Below, piece by piece: positions 30,279 to 40,090 of a stretch of DNA of 64,000 bases. This stretch comes from Ignavibacteria bacterium (GTDB lineage Bacteria > Bacteroidota > Ignavibacteria > Tepidaquicellales > OLB5): contig JAUQWQ010000011.1 of NCBI GenBank assembly GCA_030835085.1, positions 2,312-66,311 on the forward strand, given 5' to 3'. Numbering within the stretch: the first letter of the stretch is position 1; every line of letters starts with the position of its first letter. A program made the translations under genes and the position numbers. Under the pieces are notes generated by a model. The model was not told where the DNA came from. It searched no databases and saw only the letters and a program-made list of their open reading frames with translations.

Positions 30279-30956
30279 TTGAATGTGAAACTTATAATTT
30301 TTGATATAGATGGTACCCTGTGTCACTCGCGTTATATTGATGATAAATGCTATATACAGGCTTTTAAAAAAGGACTTGATCTGGATATTAAAAACACAGA
30401 CTGGAATTCATACAAACATGTGACAGACCACTTTGTTACGAAACAGATCATTTTGACTGAAACCGGAAATCCTCCCGGTAAAGATCTAATTGAAATGATA
30501 ATTGATTATTATGCTGAAGAACTTAAAATACAGTTAGATAAGGATGATACGTCTTTTACTGCAATACCGGGTGTAAAAAGGATGTTTGAATATTTTTACA
30601 ATAATAGTGATAAATACAAAACCGGAATTGCGACCGGTGGATTTCGCAAAACCGCCATGTATAAACTTGATAAGATAGGCATCAATTTTCCGGAAGAACA
30701 CATTTACAGTTCAAATAATTATGATACAAAACAGGAAATGATAAGAGAGCTTATGTATAGGAATATCAGTAATAAAATTAATTTTGATAAAGTAATTTAT
30801 GTTGGCGACAGAGAATATGATTTCCAGGTAGCAAAAGAGTTAAATATTGATTTTATCGGTATAGATTTTAAAGGTAATGGTAAGTTAAGATCGCTTGGTA
30901 TTGAAAATGTAATTAACAATTACGACCCCATAGAGAAATTTTTGGCGCTTATTTAG
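30279..30956 (+). CDS. HAD-superfamily hydrolase
   Basis: Motif I IIFDIDGTL and motif IV VGDREYD. TTG start as given in the ORF track. Confidence 0.8.
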   Translation: MNVKLIIFDIDGTLCHSRYIDDKCYIQAFKKGLDLDIKNTDWNSYKHVTDHFVTKQIILTETGNPPGKDLIEMIIDYYAEELKIQLDKDDTSFTAIPGVKRMFEYFYNNSDKYKTGIATGGFRKTAMYKLDKIGINFPEEHIYSSNNYDTKQEMIRELMYRNISNKINFDKVIYVGDREYDFQVAKELNIDFIGIDFKGNGKLRSLGIENVINNYDPIEKFLALI

Positions 30957-30999
30957 TCCATATGATAATCGTGGCACGAGAGTTTACTGTATAGTTACT

Positions 31000-31031
31000 T
31001 ACTCACCTACTCACCTACTCACCTACTCACC
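31000..31031. repeat. Perfect tandem octamer (tactcacc) x4
   Basis: Direct read of tactcacctactcacctactcacctactcacc. Followed by the degenerate cactattt repeats that overlap the MFS stop codon. Confidence 0.9.
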
Positions 31032-31046
31032 CGCTTCACTATTTCA

Positions 31047-32255
31047 CTATTTAGCTATTTCATTATTTGCATCCGTTCCTCTTCCGAAGAGTGCAAAATA
31101 CAGAGTGCCAAGTATTCCAAATCCGGTTGCTAAGAACAGGTTCAGCTCAGGAGAGACTTGCCACAGCACACCGCCCAGAAAGCCCGCAAAAGCAACAATA
31201 CCATCACGAATGAAGTAATACATTCCAAAGCTTCGGGCTTCTGTACCTTTTTTTGAAAGCTCCAGTATGAGAGCTTTTCTGGTTGGCTCGCCGAATTCTT
31301 TAAGTCCCCGTATAAAAAACGCAACAGCAAGCAGCCCGAATGAATTGCTGAAATATAACATAAACGGAAAAATTGTAAAGAATACAAATGTAATTACTAC
31401 GAATGGTTTCTTCTCAAGCTTATCTGAATAATTTGCTACAGGTATGAAAATCAGTGCAGAAGTGACCATTTCGATTGCTGTAAGGTAACCAAACTCACTG
31501 GCAGAAATTTTTACAACATTTAAACACCATATCACCACAAATACATATGGGATTTGCTCGCAAAATCTGACTAATATATCTGATACAAGCAGGTTCTTTA
31601 ATTTCTTATCAAATGTCTTCCAGAGCTGAACTGGATGTATCTTTTCAGGTTTCTCTTCTCGGGTATCAGTAGTAAGTTTATTAATAAATATCATGCCTAT
31701 CAGCGAAAGCGCTATTGATATCCCAAAAGCAATTTTTATCCCGGCAAGTAAACCGTAAGTGACAATCAAATATCCCCCAATTACAGGTCCCAATGCCATT
31801 GGTACCCGCCGTATCAATGAGTGCATTGAAATCCCCATTACGGTTTTGCCTTTTCCAAGAGTTTTGGTTATCAGGCTCATAGAACCCGGCAGCGCCACAT
31901 TAGACCATCCAAAAAAGAACAACATACCAATGAATACAGCTATCCAGCTATTGAATACTATTGCAATTATATATCCAAATATTGCCAATATGCTAAAGAC
32001 AAGGAAAGCCTTGCGGTTACCTAAATGATCAGCGATGTACCCCCCCGGCAGCGCCCAAATAGCGCCGAGGAAATTTTGCAGGAAACCGAAAGCACCGATT
32101 ATTAGTATTGATGCGCCAAGCCCATCCAGGTATTTGGGAATGAAACGCTCCCACAGCTTTTCACCGGTGTACATAAGTACAGTTAAGCCCAGCATCAGGA
32201 TGATGTTTCGCTTAAGTCCGAGGTACTGCCTGGTTTTAGCTAAAATAGTATTCAC
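31047..32255 (-). CDS. MFS transporter
   Basis: About 12 hydrophobic helices. MFS motif A-like GYIADHLGNRKAF between TM2 and TM3. Confidence 0.8.
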   Translation of the reverse strand: MNTILAKTRQYLGLKRNIILMLGLTVLMYTGEKLWERFIPKYLDGLGASILIIGAFGFLQNFLGAIWALPGGYIADHLGNRKAFLVFSILAIFGYIIAIVFNSWIAVFIGMLFFFGWSNVALPGSMSLITKTLGKGKTVMGISMHSLIRRVPMALGPVIGGYLIVTYGLLAGIKIAFGISIALSLIGMIFINKLTTDTREEKPEKIHPVQLWKTFDKKLKNLLVSDILVRFCEQIPYVFVVIWCLNVVKISASEFGYLTAIEMVTSALIFIPVANYSDKLEKKPFVVITFVFFTIFPFMLYFSNSFGLLAVAFFIRGLKEFGEPTRKALILELSKKGTEARSFGMYYFIRDGIVAFAGFLGGVLWQVSPELNLFLATGFGILGTLYFALFGRGTDANNEIAK

Positions 32256-32281
32256 ATTTCAAAAATAGCTATTGCAGTAAT

Positions 32282-32306
32282 AAAAAAAGGACTGAAAATT
32301 CAGCCC
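32282..32306 (-). terminator. Second copy of the gcvP-type terminator hairpin
   Basis: Minus-strand gggctgaattttcagtcc followed by a T8 run. Near-duplicate of the hairpin at 32511-32536. Confidence 0.55.
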
Positions 32307-32510
32307 TTTTAATGTAGTCATCTTTAAGACTTGATGATAATATCTGTTGATATTAATAGTAACCCTGAACTCGTTTCAGGGTCTGCTTTAATACACTTAA
32401 ATTACAGTTCTGGAAAATTAAATCATTACAGGATTAGAAAATATATAAAAATATAAAGAACAAAGAGTATGGATGAAGATGCTGAAACAAGTTCAGCATG
32501 ACAAAAAAAG

Positions 32511-32536
32511 CAAAAAGGGCTAAAATTCAGCCCTTT
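32511..32536 (-). terminator. Intrinsic terminator after gcvP
   Basis: Minus-strand gggctgaattttagccc followed by tttttgcttttttt. Lies 30 nt after the gcvP stop. Confidence 0.7.
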
Positions 32537-32565
32537 ACTATAAACTATCAATTGTCAATTATCAA

Positions 32566-35412
32566 CTAAGTTGTTGCTTCAGCGTAACTTTCAATCGGCT
32601 CACATGAGCACATGAAGTTCCTGTCGCCGTATGCATCATCAACCCTTGCGACTGCAGGCCAGAATTTGCTCTCTTTGATCCCCGCAACAGGGAATGCAGC
32701 TTTTTCTCTGGAATATTTATGATTCCAGCCATCTGATGCAATTTCAAATGCAGTATGCGGCGCATTTTTAAGTACATTATCAGCCTTATCTGCACTGCCG
32801 CTTTCAATTTCTTTGATCTCTGCTTTAATTGCCATCATAGCATCACAAAACCTGTCAAGCTCATACTTCGATTCTGATTCGGTCGGCTCAACCATCAGCG
32901 TTCCCGGTACAGGGAATGAAACTGTCGGTGCGTGGAAACCGTAATCCATCAATCGTTTCGCAATATCGCCAACTTCAATTCCAACCTTTTTGAATTCTCT
33001 CATGTCAAAAATCATTTCATGGGCAACTCTGTCATTCGCACCTGTATATAAAACCTTGTATTCATCTTTCAGTTTTGAAGCGATGTAATTCGCATTCAGT
33101 ATTGCAGCCTTGGTTGCATCGGTCAGACCCTTGCCACCCATCATTTTTATATATGCATATGAAATCAATAGTATACTCGAGCTTCCCCAGGGTGCCGCAG
33201 ATACTGCATGAATTGCCTTTTCTCCGCCGGTTTTAACTATAACATGTCCCGGCAAAAACGGAGCCAAATGTTTGGCAACAGCTATAGGTCCCATTCCGGG
33301 TCCGCCGCCGCCATGCGGTATGCAGAAAGTTTTATGCAGGTTAATGTGGCAAACATCAGCACCAATGTAACCAGGGCTTGTAAGACCAACTTGTGCATTC
33401 AGGTTCGCGCCATCCATATAGACCTGGCCGCCGTTGGAATGAATTATCTCGCAGACTTCCTTTATCTTGGTTTCAAATACACCGTGTGTTGAAGGATATG
33501 TTACCATCAGCGCGGAAAGATTATCTTTATGCTGCTCTGCCTTAGCCTTAAGGTCATCAACATCAATATCGCCATGCTCCATTGTTTTAACCACTACAAC
33601 CTTCAAGCCTGCCATAACAGCGCTTGCGGGGTTTGTGCCGTGGGCTGAAGCGGGTATGATAACAACATCACGGTGTCCCTGTCCAATTGACTTTTGGTAA
33701 GCGCGAATTACCATTAAACCTGAATACTCACCCTGTGCGCCTGAATTAGGCTGTAGTGAAACAGCAGGCAAATTGGTAATTTCCGAAAGCGCGCTTTCGA
33801 GTCCTTTGAATAGCTCAGAGTAACCCTCAGCCTGTTCCACCGGAATGAACGGATGAAGTGTGCCGAACTCCGGCCAAGTTACGGGAATCATCTCTGTGGT
33901 AGCATTAAGCTTCATTGTGCATGAGCCTAATGGTATCATCGACATATTCAGCGATAGGTCTTTATTCTCGAGTTTTTTCATATAACGCAGCATCTCAGTT
34001 TCGCTGTGATGTACGTTAAACACCGGATTCTGTAAATACTTTGAAGTACGTTTCAAATTCTCAGGAAGTGAAGTTCCGTTTGATGATGATGAAGTTACTT
34101 TGCCCCCGAAAATATTAAGAATTTCATTTACATCTTTTTCGGTAGTAGTTTCATCAAGTGATATTCCGATAAATTGCCCATCAAAATACCTCAGATTAAT
34201 TTTTGCTGCTTCAAATTTCTTTTTCAGGTCATTTAATTTTTCCTTTGAGCCTGCATCTATCTTCAGCGTATCAAAGAAATGATCATTGCTTTGTTTATAA
34301 CCTGCCTGTTTTAATCCATTGTTGAGTATTGCTGTTAAGCCGTGAATACGTTCAGCAATCACTTTTATACCAACCGGACCGTGATAAACTGCATACATTC
34401 CTGCCATAATTGCAAGCAGTACCTGTGCTGTACAGATGTTACTTGTTGCTTTTTCCCTGCGGATATGCTGCTCGCGTGTCTGCAATGCCATTCTGTATGC
34501 GCGGTTACCAAGTCTATCAATAGATACGCCGATTATCCTTCCCGGCATGATCCTGCGGAATTCATCCTTGCATGCGAAGTATGCGGCATGTGGTCCGCCA
34601 TAACCCATTGGCACTCCGAATCTTTGGGTTGAGCCTACTGCTATATCTGCCCCAAATTCACCCGGCGGTGTCAGCAAAACAAGGCTCATTATATCCGCAG
34701 CGGCAACGCAGTATATTCCTTTTGCGTGAGCTTTTTCAAACAATGCTTTATAATCATTCACTTCGCCATCGGCAGTGGGGTACTGTACAAGCAGCCCGAA
34801 TATATCATCAGTAAGCTCTGTTTTATTTATATCACCCACAACCAGCTCAACTCCAATTGGTTCTGTGCGTGTTCTTAAAACGTCAATTGTCTGTGCAAGG
34901 CAATCATTTGAAACTAAAAACTTATTCGCATTTTTCTTTTCGGGTTTTCTGGCAGCAAATAGAACGTGCATTGCCTCTGCGGCTGCAGTTCCTTCATCAA
35001 GAAGCGAAGCATTTGCGACCGGAAGTCCGGTCAGATCGATCACCATTGTCTGGTAATTCAGTAAAGCTTCAAGCCTGCCCTGTGAAATTTCAGCCTGGTA
35101 CGGAGTGTATTGCGTATACCAGCCCGGATTTTCCATGATATTGCGCAATATCACAGTTGGTGTGAAAGTGCCATAGTATCCGTACCCTATAAAAGTGCGG
35201 TACATTTTATTTTTCAAAGCCATTTCATGCAGATGCTGTAGTAATTCCTGTTCACTCAGGGCATCGTTTAATTTCAGTTCATTCTTTAATCTAATAGCCG
35301 TTGGTACGATCTGGTTCATCAGGTCATCTACCGAAGCTGCGCCAATAACATCAAGCATTTGTTTTACTTCATGCTCTGTTGGTCCAATGTGTCTGTTAAC
35401 GAAAGTATGCAT
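32566..35412 (-). CDS. gcvP: Glycine dehydrogenase (decarboxylating), single-chain P protein
   Basis: 948 aa. FVNRHIGP N-terminus, [18 protein letters not shown]-lysine context [18 protein letters not shown]. Confidence 0.95.
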   Translation of the reverse strand: MHTFVNRHIGPTEHEVKQMLDVIGAASVDDLMNQIVPTAIRLKNELKLNDALSEQELLQHLHEMALKNKMYRTFIGYGYYGTFTPTVILRNIMENPGWYTQYTPYQAEISQGRLEALLNYQTMVIDLTGLPVANASLLDEGTAAAEAMHVLFAARKPEKKNANKFLVSNDCLAQTIDVLRTRTEPIGVELVVGDINKTELTDDIFGLLVQYPTADGEVNDYKALFEKAHAKGIYCVAAADIMSLVLLTPPGEFGADIAVGSTQRFGVPMGYGGPHAAYFACKDEFRRIMPGRIIGVSIDRLGNRAYRMALQTREQHIRREKATSNICTAQVLLAIMAGMYAVYHGPVGIKVIAERIHGLTAILNNGLKQAGYKQSNDHFFDTLKIDAGSKEKLNDLKKKFEAAKINLRYFDGQFIGISLDETTTEKDVNEILNIFGGKVTSSSSNGTSLPENLKRTSKYLQNPVFNVHHSETEMLRYMKKLENKDLSLNMSMIPLGSCTMKLNATTEMIPVTWPEFGTLHPFIPVEQAEGYSELFKGLESALSEITNLPAVSLQPNSGAQGEYSGLMVIRAYQKSIGQGHRDVVIIPASAHGTNPASAVMAGLKVVVVKTMEHGDIDVDDLKAKAEQHKDNLSALMVTYPSTHGVFETKIKEVCEIIHSNGGQVYMDGANLNAQVGLTSPGYIGADVCHINLHKTFCIPHGGGGPGMGPIAVAKHLAPFLPGHVIVKTGGEKAIHAVSAAPWGSSSILLISYAYIKMMGGKGLTDATKAAILNANYIASKLKDEYKVLYTGANDRVAHEMIFDMREFKKVGIEVGDIAKRLMDYGFHAPTVSFPVPGTLMVEPTESESKYELDRFCDAMMAIKAEIKEIESGSADKADNVLKNAPHTAFEIASDGWNHKYSREKAAFPVAGIKESKFWPAVARVDDAYGDRNFMCSCEPIESYAEATT

Positions 35413-35487
35413 TTTTTTATATAGAAGAGGTGAGTTTTAGTAGTATATTTTGATTAGTGTAAAAATTGTAAAAATAAAACTTATTTT

Positions 35488-36309
35488 TTATGTTCCTTTT
35501 TTCTTTTTCTTCAGCCCCATTTTTTCTATCACATCAAGGTTCTTCAAAGCATTACTGGCAGCTTCCTGCTCAGCGGTCTTTTTGGTTCTGCCCTTGCCGA
35601 TACCAAGCGCACGCTGGTTTATCTGCACTTCTACAGTAAACAGTTTATTATGCTCGGGGCCTTCCTGGTTTATAACTTTATATTCCGGGATGTAATCAGT
35701 ATTCGCCTGTGTATATTCAAGAAGCTTGCTTTTATAATTTTCATCAAACTGGTTAAGCCATTTTACATCAAGTTTTTTAAAGATCTGGTTATTCAGGAAG
35801 TCTTTTGCTGCATCGTAGCCTCTATCCAGAAAGATCGCGCCGACCAATGCTTCATATGCATCGGATAGTATCGTATCGTAGCCGTCTTCAATTGATTTAA
35901 GAGCCGTAGGTGCAGCAAGCAAAAAGCTTTGCAGGTGTATTACTTTTGCGCGCTCCGCAAGGAAGCGCTGGTTCACCAGTACAGAGCGGTATTTGGTTAA
36001 GTCGCCTTCTTCTGAATCAGGAAAATTCTTGTAAAGGTATTCCGCTACAACAGAATCAAGCACGGCATCACCAAGATACTCCAGCCTTTCGTTGCTTGCC
36101 AGCTTAACGCCGTTAGATCCCTTTGATTTAAGGAATGACCTGTGCGTTAAGGCATTTATAAAAAAATTCTTATGGATTATCTGGTAGTCAATACTTGCCT
36201 GGAAGGTCTTAAAATCGAAGGAGGCGATAGCGGAGTATATATCATCTTCCTCTTTGCGCCTTTTTAATACAGGTACAAATTTCCTGAGGGTTTTTAATAT
36301 GCCGAACAT
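35488..36309 (-). CDS. rnc: Ribonuclease III
   Basis: ALTHRSF and the signature ERLEYLGDAVL. C-terminal dsRBD (GPEHNKLFTVEV...GKGRTKKTAEQEAA). Lys-rich tail. Confidence 0.9.
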   Translation of the reverse strand: MFGILKTLRKFVPVLKRRKEEDDIYSAIASFDFKTFQASIDYQIIHKNFFINALTHRSFLKSKGSNGVKLASNERLEYLGDAVLDSVVAEYLYKNFPDSEEGDLTKYRSVLVNQRFLAERAKVIHLQSFLLAAPTALKSIEDGYDTILSDAYEALVGAIFLDRGYDAAKDFLNNQIFKKLDVKWLNQFDENYKSKLLEYTQANTDYIPEYKVINQEGPEHNKLFTVEVQINQRALGIGKGRTKKTAEQEAASNALKNLDVIEKMGLKKKKKGT

Positions 36310-36355
36310 ATTATCCTATTCGTAAAATATTCTCTTTTCTCTTGCTTAAGTACGT

Positions 36356-37606
36356 TTATTCTGTGTACTTTTTAAACACCAATGCAGTGTTATGTCCGCC
36401 AAATCCAGAATTATCACACATTACTGTACTGATATCTTTTTTAATAGCCTTGTTAGGTACATAATTCAAATCCAGCCCTTCATCAGGTGTTTCGTAATTA
36501 ATAGTCGGCGGAACTATACCCTTATTAATTGTAAGTACTGAAGCAATTGATTCAACTGCTCCGGCTGCGCCGAGCAGGTGACCTAACATACTTTTAATAG
36601 AATGAACCGGAATATCATATGCATGTTTACCGAATACATTCTTAATTGCTGCTGTTTCGTTCTTATCGTTGTAATATGTTGAAGTACCGTGTGCATTTAC
36701 GCAATCAATATCGTTCGGTGTCATATCCGCATCTTTTATTGCTATTCTCATAGCCTCGGCAACGCCTTCACCTTCAGGTGCAGGCTCTGTGATATGATGC
36801 GCGTCAGCTGTCATGCCTATTCCGGCAATTTCAGCGTAGATCTTTGCGCCTCGTGCTTTTGCGAATTCCAGTTCTTCAAGAATCAGTGTTGCGCCGCCTT
36901 CGCCCATTACAAATCCATCCCTGTTCTTTTCAAAAGGACGGGATGCTTTTTCGGGGGCATCGTTGCGGGTTGAAAGCGCTTTCATTGCGTTGAATCCGCC
37001 TACACCCATCGGACAGATAACTGCCTCTGAGCCGCCGGTAACCATAACATCTGCGTTACCGCGCTGAATCAACATTACGGAGTCTGCAATTGAATGCGCT
37101 GAAGTTGTGCATGCTGAAATTGTAGCGTAGTTGGGTCCTTTAAGACCGAACATCATCGATATCCTGCCTGCTGCAATATCTGCAATAAGCATCGGGATAA
37201 AGAACGGGCTTATCCTGTCGGGGTTGCCGTTCTTATCATAAAGTTTTCTCTGCTCCTTGTCATAAGTCCACATACCGCCAATACCTGAGCCGTAAACAAC
37301 ACCAACCCTGTAGGGGTCGATCTTTGTCATATCCAGCCCTGAATCGTTGAAAGCCATCTGTGAAGCAGCAAGTGCAAATTGCGTAAATGGGTCTACCCGG
37401 GAAGAGAGTTTTCTATCCATGTAATTCAAAGGATCGAAATTCTTTACCTGGCAGGCAAACTTTGTATCAAAGTGTTCAGTATCAAAGTAAGTAATAGGTC
37501 CTGCACCGCTTTTTCCCGCAACTATATTATCCCAGAAATCAGCAACAGTGTTACCAACAGGTGATACTACACCAAGTCCGGTTATAACAACACGCTTTTT
37601 TTCCAT
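36356..37606 (-). CDS. fabF: Beta-ketoacyl-ACP synthase II
   Basis: RVVITGLG N-terminus, active-site Cys context ISACTTSAHSI, His motifs HGTST and GHLLGAAG. Adjacent to acpP. Confidence 0.9.
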   Translation of the reverse strand: MEKKRVVITGLGVVSPVGNTVADFWDNIVAGKSGAGPITYFDTEHFDTKFACQVKNFDPLNYMDRKLSSRVDPFTQFALAASQMAFNDSGLDMTKIDPYRVGVVYGSGIGGMWTYDKEQRKLYDKNGNPDRISPFFIPMLIADIAAGRISMMFGLKGPNYATISACTTSAHSIADSVMLIQRGNADVMVTGGSEAVICPMGVGGFNAMKALSTRNDAPEKASRPFEKNRDGFVMGEGGATLILEELEFAKARGAKIYAEIAGIGMTADAHHITEPAPEGEGVAEAMRIAIKDADMTPNDIDCVNAHGTSTYYNDKNETAAIKNVFGKHAYDIPVHSIKSMLGHLLGAAGAVESIASVLTINKGIVPPTINYETPDEGLDLNYVPNKAIKKDISTVMCDNSGFGGHNTALVFKKYTE

Positions 37607-37648
37607 TATAGAAATTGAATGATCTTTATATAAATTACTTAACTGTAA

Positions 37649-37888
37649 TTAAGCAACTTTTGATTTTACGTAGCTGATAGCATCTCCAACAGTCTGGATC
37701 TTTTCCTGGTCTTCATCGGGGATCTGAATATTAAAACGGTTTTCAAGCTCCATAATGAGCTCAACTGTATCAAGTGAATCTGCGCCAAGATCATTAATAA
37801 ATGAAGCATTTGGTGTTACTTTTGATTCTTCAACGCCTAATTTTTCTACTATTGCGTCTTTTATCTGAGCTTCTACGTCTACTGACAT
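37649..37888 (-). CDS. acpP: Acyl carrier protein
   Basis: 79 aa with the phosphopantetheine site [11 protein letters not shown]. Strong SD (aggagg) upstream. Confidence 0.9.
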   Translation of the reverse strand: MSVDVEAQIKDAIVEKLGVEESKVTPNASFINDLGADSLDTVELIMELENRFNIQIPDEDQEKIQTVGDAISYVKSKVA

Positions 37889-37932
37889 TTATGTCCTCCT
37901 GTTTGAGAAATTGAAATTTTTTAGAATAATCA

Positions 37933-37940
37933 CAAAAATA
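37933..37940 (-). promoter_or_regulatory. Bacteroidetes-type -7 box (TAnnTTTG) upstream of acpP
   Basis: Minus-strand tatttttg, 45 nt upstream of the acpP ATG. Confidence 0.35.
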
Positions 37941-38065
37941 GTAATAAAATTACTAATTTTAAAGGGGTGAGAATTTCATATATTTTGAAACTTTTATACC
38001 GGAAAATGATTACAAAATATAATAACTATGTTTAAAATCTGATAAAATATCGATATTTTGCGCCA

Positions 38066-38944
38066 ATGAATATAAAACCAACTTCATCCAAAATAATTAC
38101 AATCACTATTATAGTACTAATGACAACTTTGAGCGCCAAATCCCAGGATTTTTATTATGCAGTAGCCAAAGAACCAACACCCGTGCTGAACTCACCTGAT
38201 TTTGAAGCAGTGTTTGGCGGAAGTGACGGGATGACCGTTAAGACGGATAACTCCGGGCTCATTCGTGAAATGGAATTCATTGCCCTGCCCGGAACAGTGT
38301 TTGAATTGCTGGGTGAATTTGATCATGGTACCTACAAGATTTTTAAAGTTGAATGTAAGGAGTATGAGTACGGCAGTGAATTATTTATTGACAGCCGTTT
38401 TGTTGAACTGAAAAAATCAAGGCCTGGCGAAAGATTTGTTACGCTGCCGAAAAAAAATGATATTTACAAAGTGCTCGATAAGGTGGTAGGCAACCGTTAC
38501 TGCTGGGGCGGAAATTATAATGATGGAATAAAAAAATTAATTGAGCTGTACCAGCCTAAGGGTGAAATTACCGATGGAGTTAAAAATGAATGGATGTTAA
38601 CTGGGTGCGACTGCTCGGGGCTGATGTATGAAGCAACCGGCGGATTCACCCCGCGCAACACAAGCAAGCTTGTTGATTACGGCACCGCCGTTGAAATAGA
38701 AGGTCTGAGCGCAGAGGATATTGCAGCCAAATGCAAGCCTTTGGATATGATTGTGTGGAACGGTCACGTGATATATGTTTACGATGAGAAGACTTCCATA
38801 CAAAGCAGCCTTTCTAAAGGCGGCGTTTTAAAACTTGATCTGATTGAAACGCTCACAGACTTAATGAGCTCCCGAACTCCGGTAAACGATTATAATTCTT
38901 CGCAGGGTTCAAGGTTTGTTATAAGACGCTGGTTCACAGAGTAA
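38066..38944 (+). CDS. Secreted NlpC/P60-like (C40) cysteine peptidase-family protein
   Basis: Signal peptide. YCWGGN...GCDCSGLMYEA (Cys context) and VWNGHVIYV (His context) resemble the NlpC/P60 core. The N-terminal half looks SH3-like. Confidence 0.5.
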   Translation: MNIKPTSSKIITITIIVLMTTLSAKSQDFYYAVAKEPTPVLNSPDFEAVFGGSDGMTVKTDNSGLIREMEFIALPGTVFELLGEFDHGTYKIFKVECKEYEYGSELFIDSRFVELKKSRPGERFVTLPKKNDIYKVLDKVVGNRYCWGGNYNDGIKKLIELYQPKGEITDGVKNEWMLTGCDCSGLMYEATGGFTPRNTSKLVDYGTAVEIEGLSAEDIAAKCKPLDMIVWNGHVIYVYDEKTSIQSSLSKGGVLKLDLIETLTDLMSSRTPVNDYNSSQGSRFVIRRWFTE

Positions 38945-38978
38945 TGCCAAATTCCAAAATCCAAATGTCAATTTGACA

Positions 38979-39938
38979 TTATTTTTTTCCTCTTGCTTTA
39001 CTAAGTCTGTTCATTATCGCAGCCCCTATACCCTTTTCGGTTACTTTTTCGCAGTAGATGGTTTTTATTCCTATTTCATCGCATTCCCTGAAGAATGAAA
39101 ATAAATTCTTCGCATAATCTTCAATTGATTTGCACACTTTCACAACCTCAAAACCCTTCGCATATTTTTTATTCAGTCCAATATATGCTTTTCCCCGTTT
39201 TACATTAGACGTTTCTCGTTTTACGTTTGACGTTTCACGTTTGACGAACTTTACTATTGCCTTCGGTGCATAATGTTTATACTTCTGCCCCGGACTCTTA
39301 ACCTTTCCTACCCTTTTTTGATACACTGCATTCTTATCCAGCTTTTTGATCTGCTCAAGTGTAACGCTTCCGGGTCTGAGTATCACCGGGTATTTACCTG
39401 TGCAGTCAATTACTGTGGATTCAAGTCCGTACCTTGCACTAGGACCCACAAGCACACAGGGTATTTTATTTCTCATATCCCTTAACACATGAATAAAATT
39501 CGTTGGTGAAGGTGACCCTGAAAGATTCGCGCTGGGCGCGGCTATTGCCACCCCGCTTAACATAATAAGCTCGCGTGCGATCTTTGATGCCGGCATTCTG
39601 ATAGCAATTGTATCAAGTCCTGCTGTAACAACATCGGGCACTATCTCATTTTTTTTCAGAATAACAGTAACCGGTCCCGGGAAGAATTCACTAATTATTT
39701 TTTTTGCCGATGGCGTAATTTCTTTTGCGAGGACTGAGATATCTTTCTTACGGGCAATGTGTACAATTAGCGGATTATCAGCGGGTCTGCCTTTAGCTTT
39801 GAATATCTTCCGCACGGCTTTTTCATCATAGGCATTGGCACCAATGCCGTAAACGGTCTCCGTTGGGAAAGCCGCTACTTCACCCTTTTTGATGAAATCC
39901 GCTGCAATTTTTACTGAATTTGTGATTGTGGTCTGCAT
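38979..39938 (-). CDS. tsaC: L-threonylcarbamoyladenylate synthase (YrdC + Sua5 domains)
   Basis: FPTETVYGIGANAYD, PLIVHIA, APSANLSGSPSPT and the linker SPGQKYKHYAP. Contains an internal 7-aa tandem duplication. Confidence 0.85.
   Translation of the reverse strand: MQTTITNSVKIAADFIKKGEVAAFPTETVYGIGANAYDEKAVRKIFKAKGRPADNPLIVHIARKKDISVLAKEITPSAKKIISEFFPGPVTVILKKNEIVPDVVTAGLDTIAIRMPASKIARELIMLSGVAIAAPSANLSGSPSPTNFIHVLRDMRNKIPCVLVGPSARYGLESTVIDCTGKYPVILRPGSVTLEQIKKLDKNAVYQKRVGKVKSPGQKYKHYAPKAIVKFVKRETSNVKRETSNVKRGKAYIGLNKKYAKGFEVVKVCKSIEDYAKNLFSFFRECDEIGIKTIYCEKVTEKGIGAAIMNRLSKARGKK
39201..39242 (-). repeat. In-frame 21-nt tandem duplication (KRETSNV x2) inside tsaC/sua5
   Basis: Coding-strand copies aaacgtgaaacgtcaaacgta and aaacgagaaacgtctaatgta differ at 3 positions, all synonymous. 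A partial third unit (KRGK) follows. Confidence 0.85.
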
Positions 39939-40012
39939 AGAATTCCAAAAATAACCCTAATTAGGATAAATTATTACTGTAAATTCTATCCTAACAAAAA
40001 GCATTCACAAAT

Positions 40013-40026
40013 ATGACTGAAATCAT
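40013..40026 (+). promoter_or_regulatory. CRP/FNR-like palindrome upstream of PFOR
   Basis: ATGACTGAAATCAT, 65 nt before the ATG. Embedded in a ~36-nt block nearly identical to 57865-57900. Confidence 0.45.
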
Positions 40027-40090
40027 ATTTAATAATGACCGATAGTGTTAATTTTGAATAGTAAATATATGATTTAAACGTAAAAAATCA

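Noticed and set aside
30972-30987. Sigma-54-like element TGGCACgagagTTTAc.
   Set aside because: The -12 position reads TA rather than GC at the required GG-N10-GC spacing. In addition, no plus-strand gene lies downstream, because the next gene is convergent.
31000-31031. The octamer array considered as a CRISPR-like or splice-site-like feature (minus strand GGTGAGTA x4).
   Set aside because: The units are contiguous with no spacers and only 8 nt long, so this is not a CRISPR array. Resemblance to the eukaryotic 5' splice consensus is coincidental in a bacterial genome.
35413-35487. A glycine riboswitch, expected upstream of gcvP.
   Set aside because: Only 75 nt separate gcvP from the rnc stop, and none of the conserved glycine-aptamer features are visible. 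gcvP is more likely co-transcribed with acpP-fabF-rnc or driven by a simple promoter.
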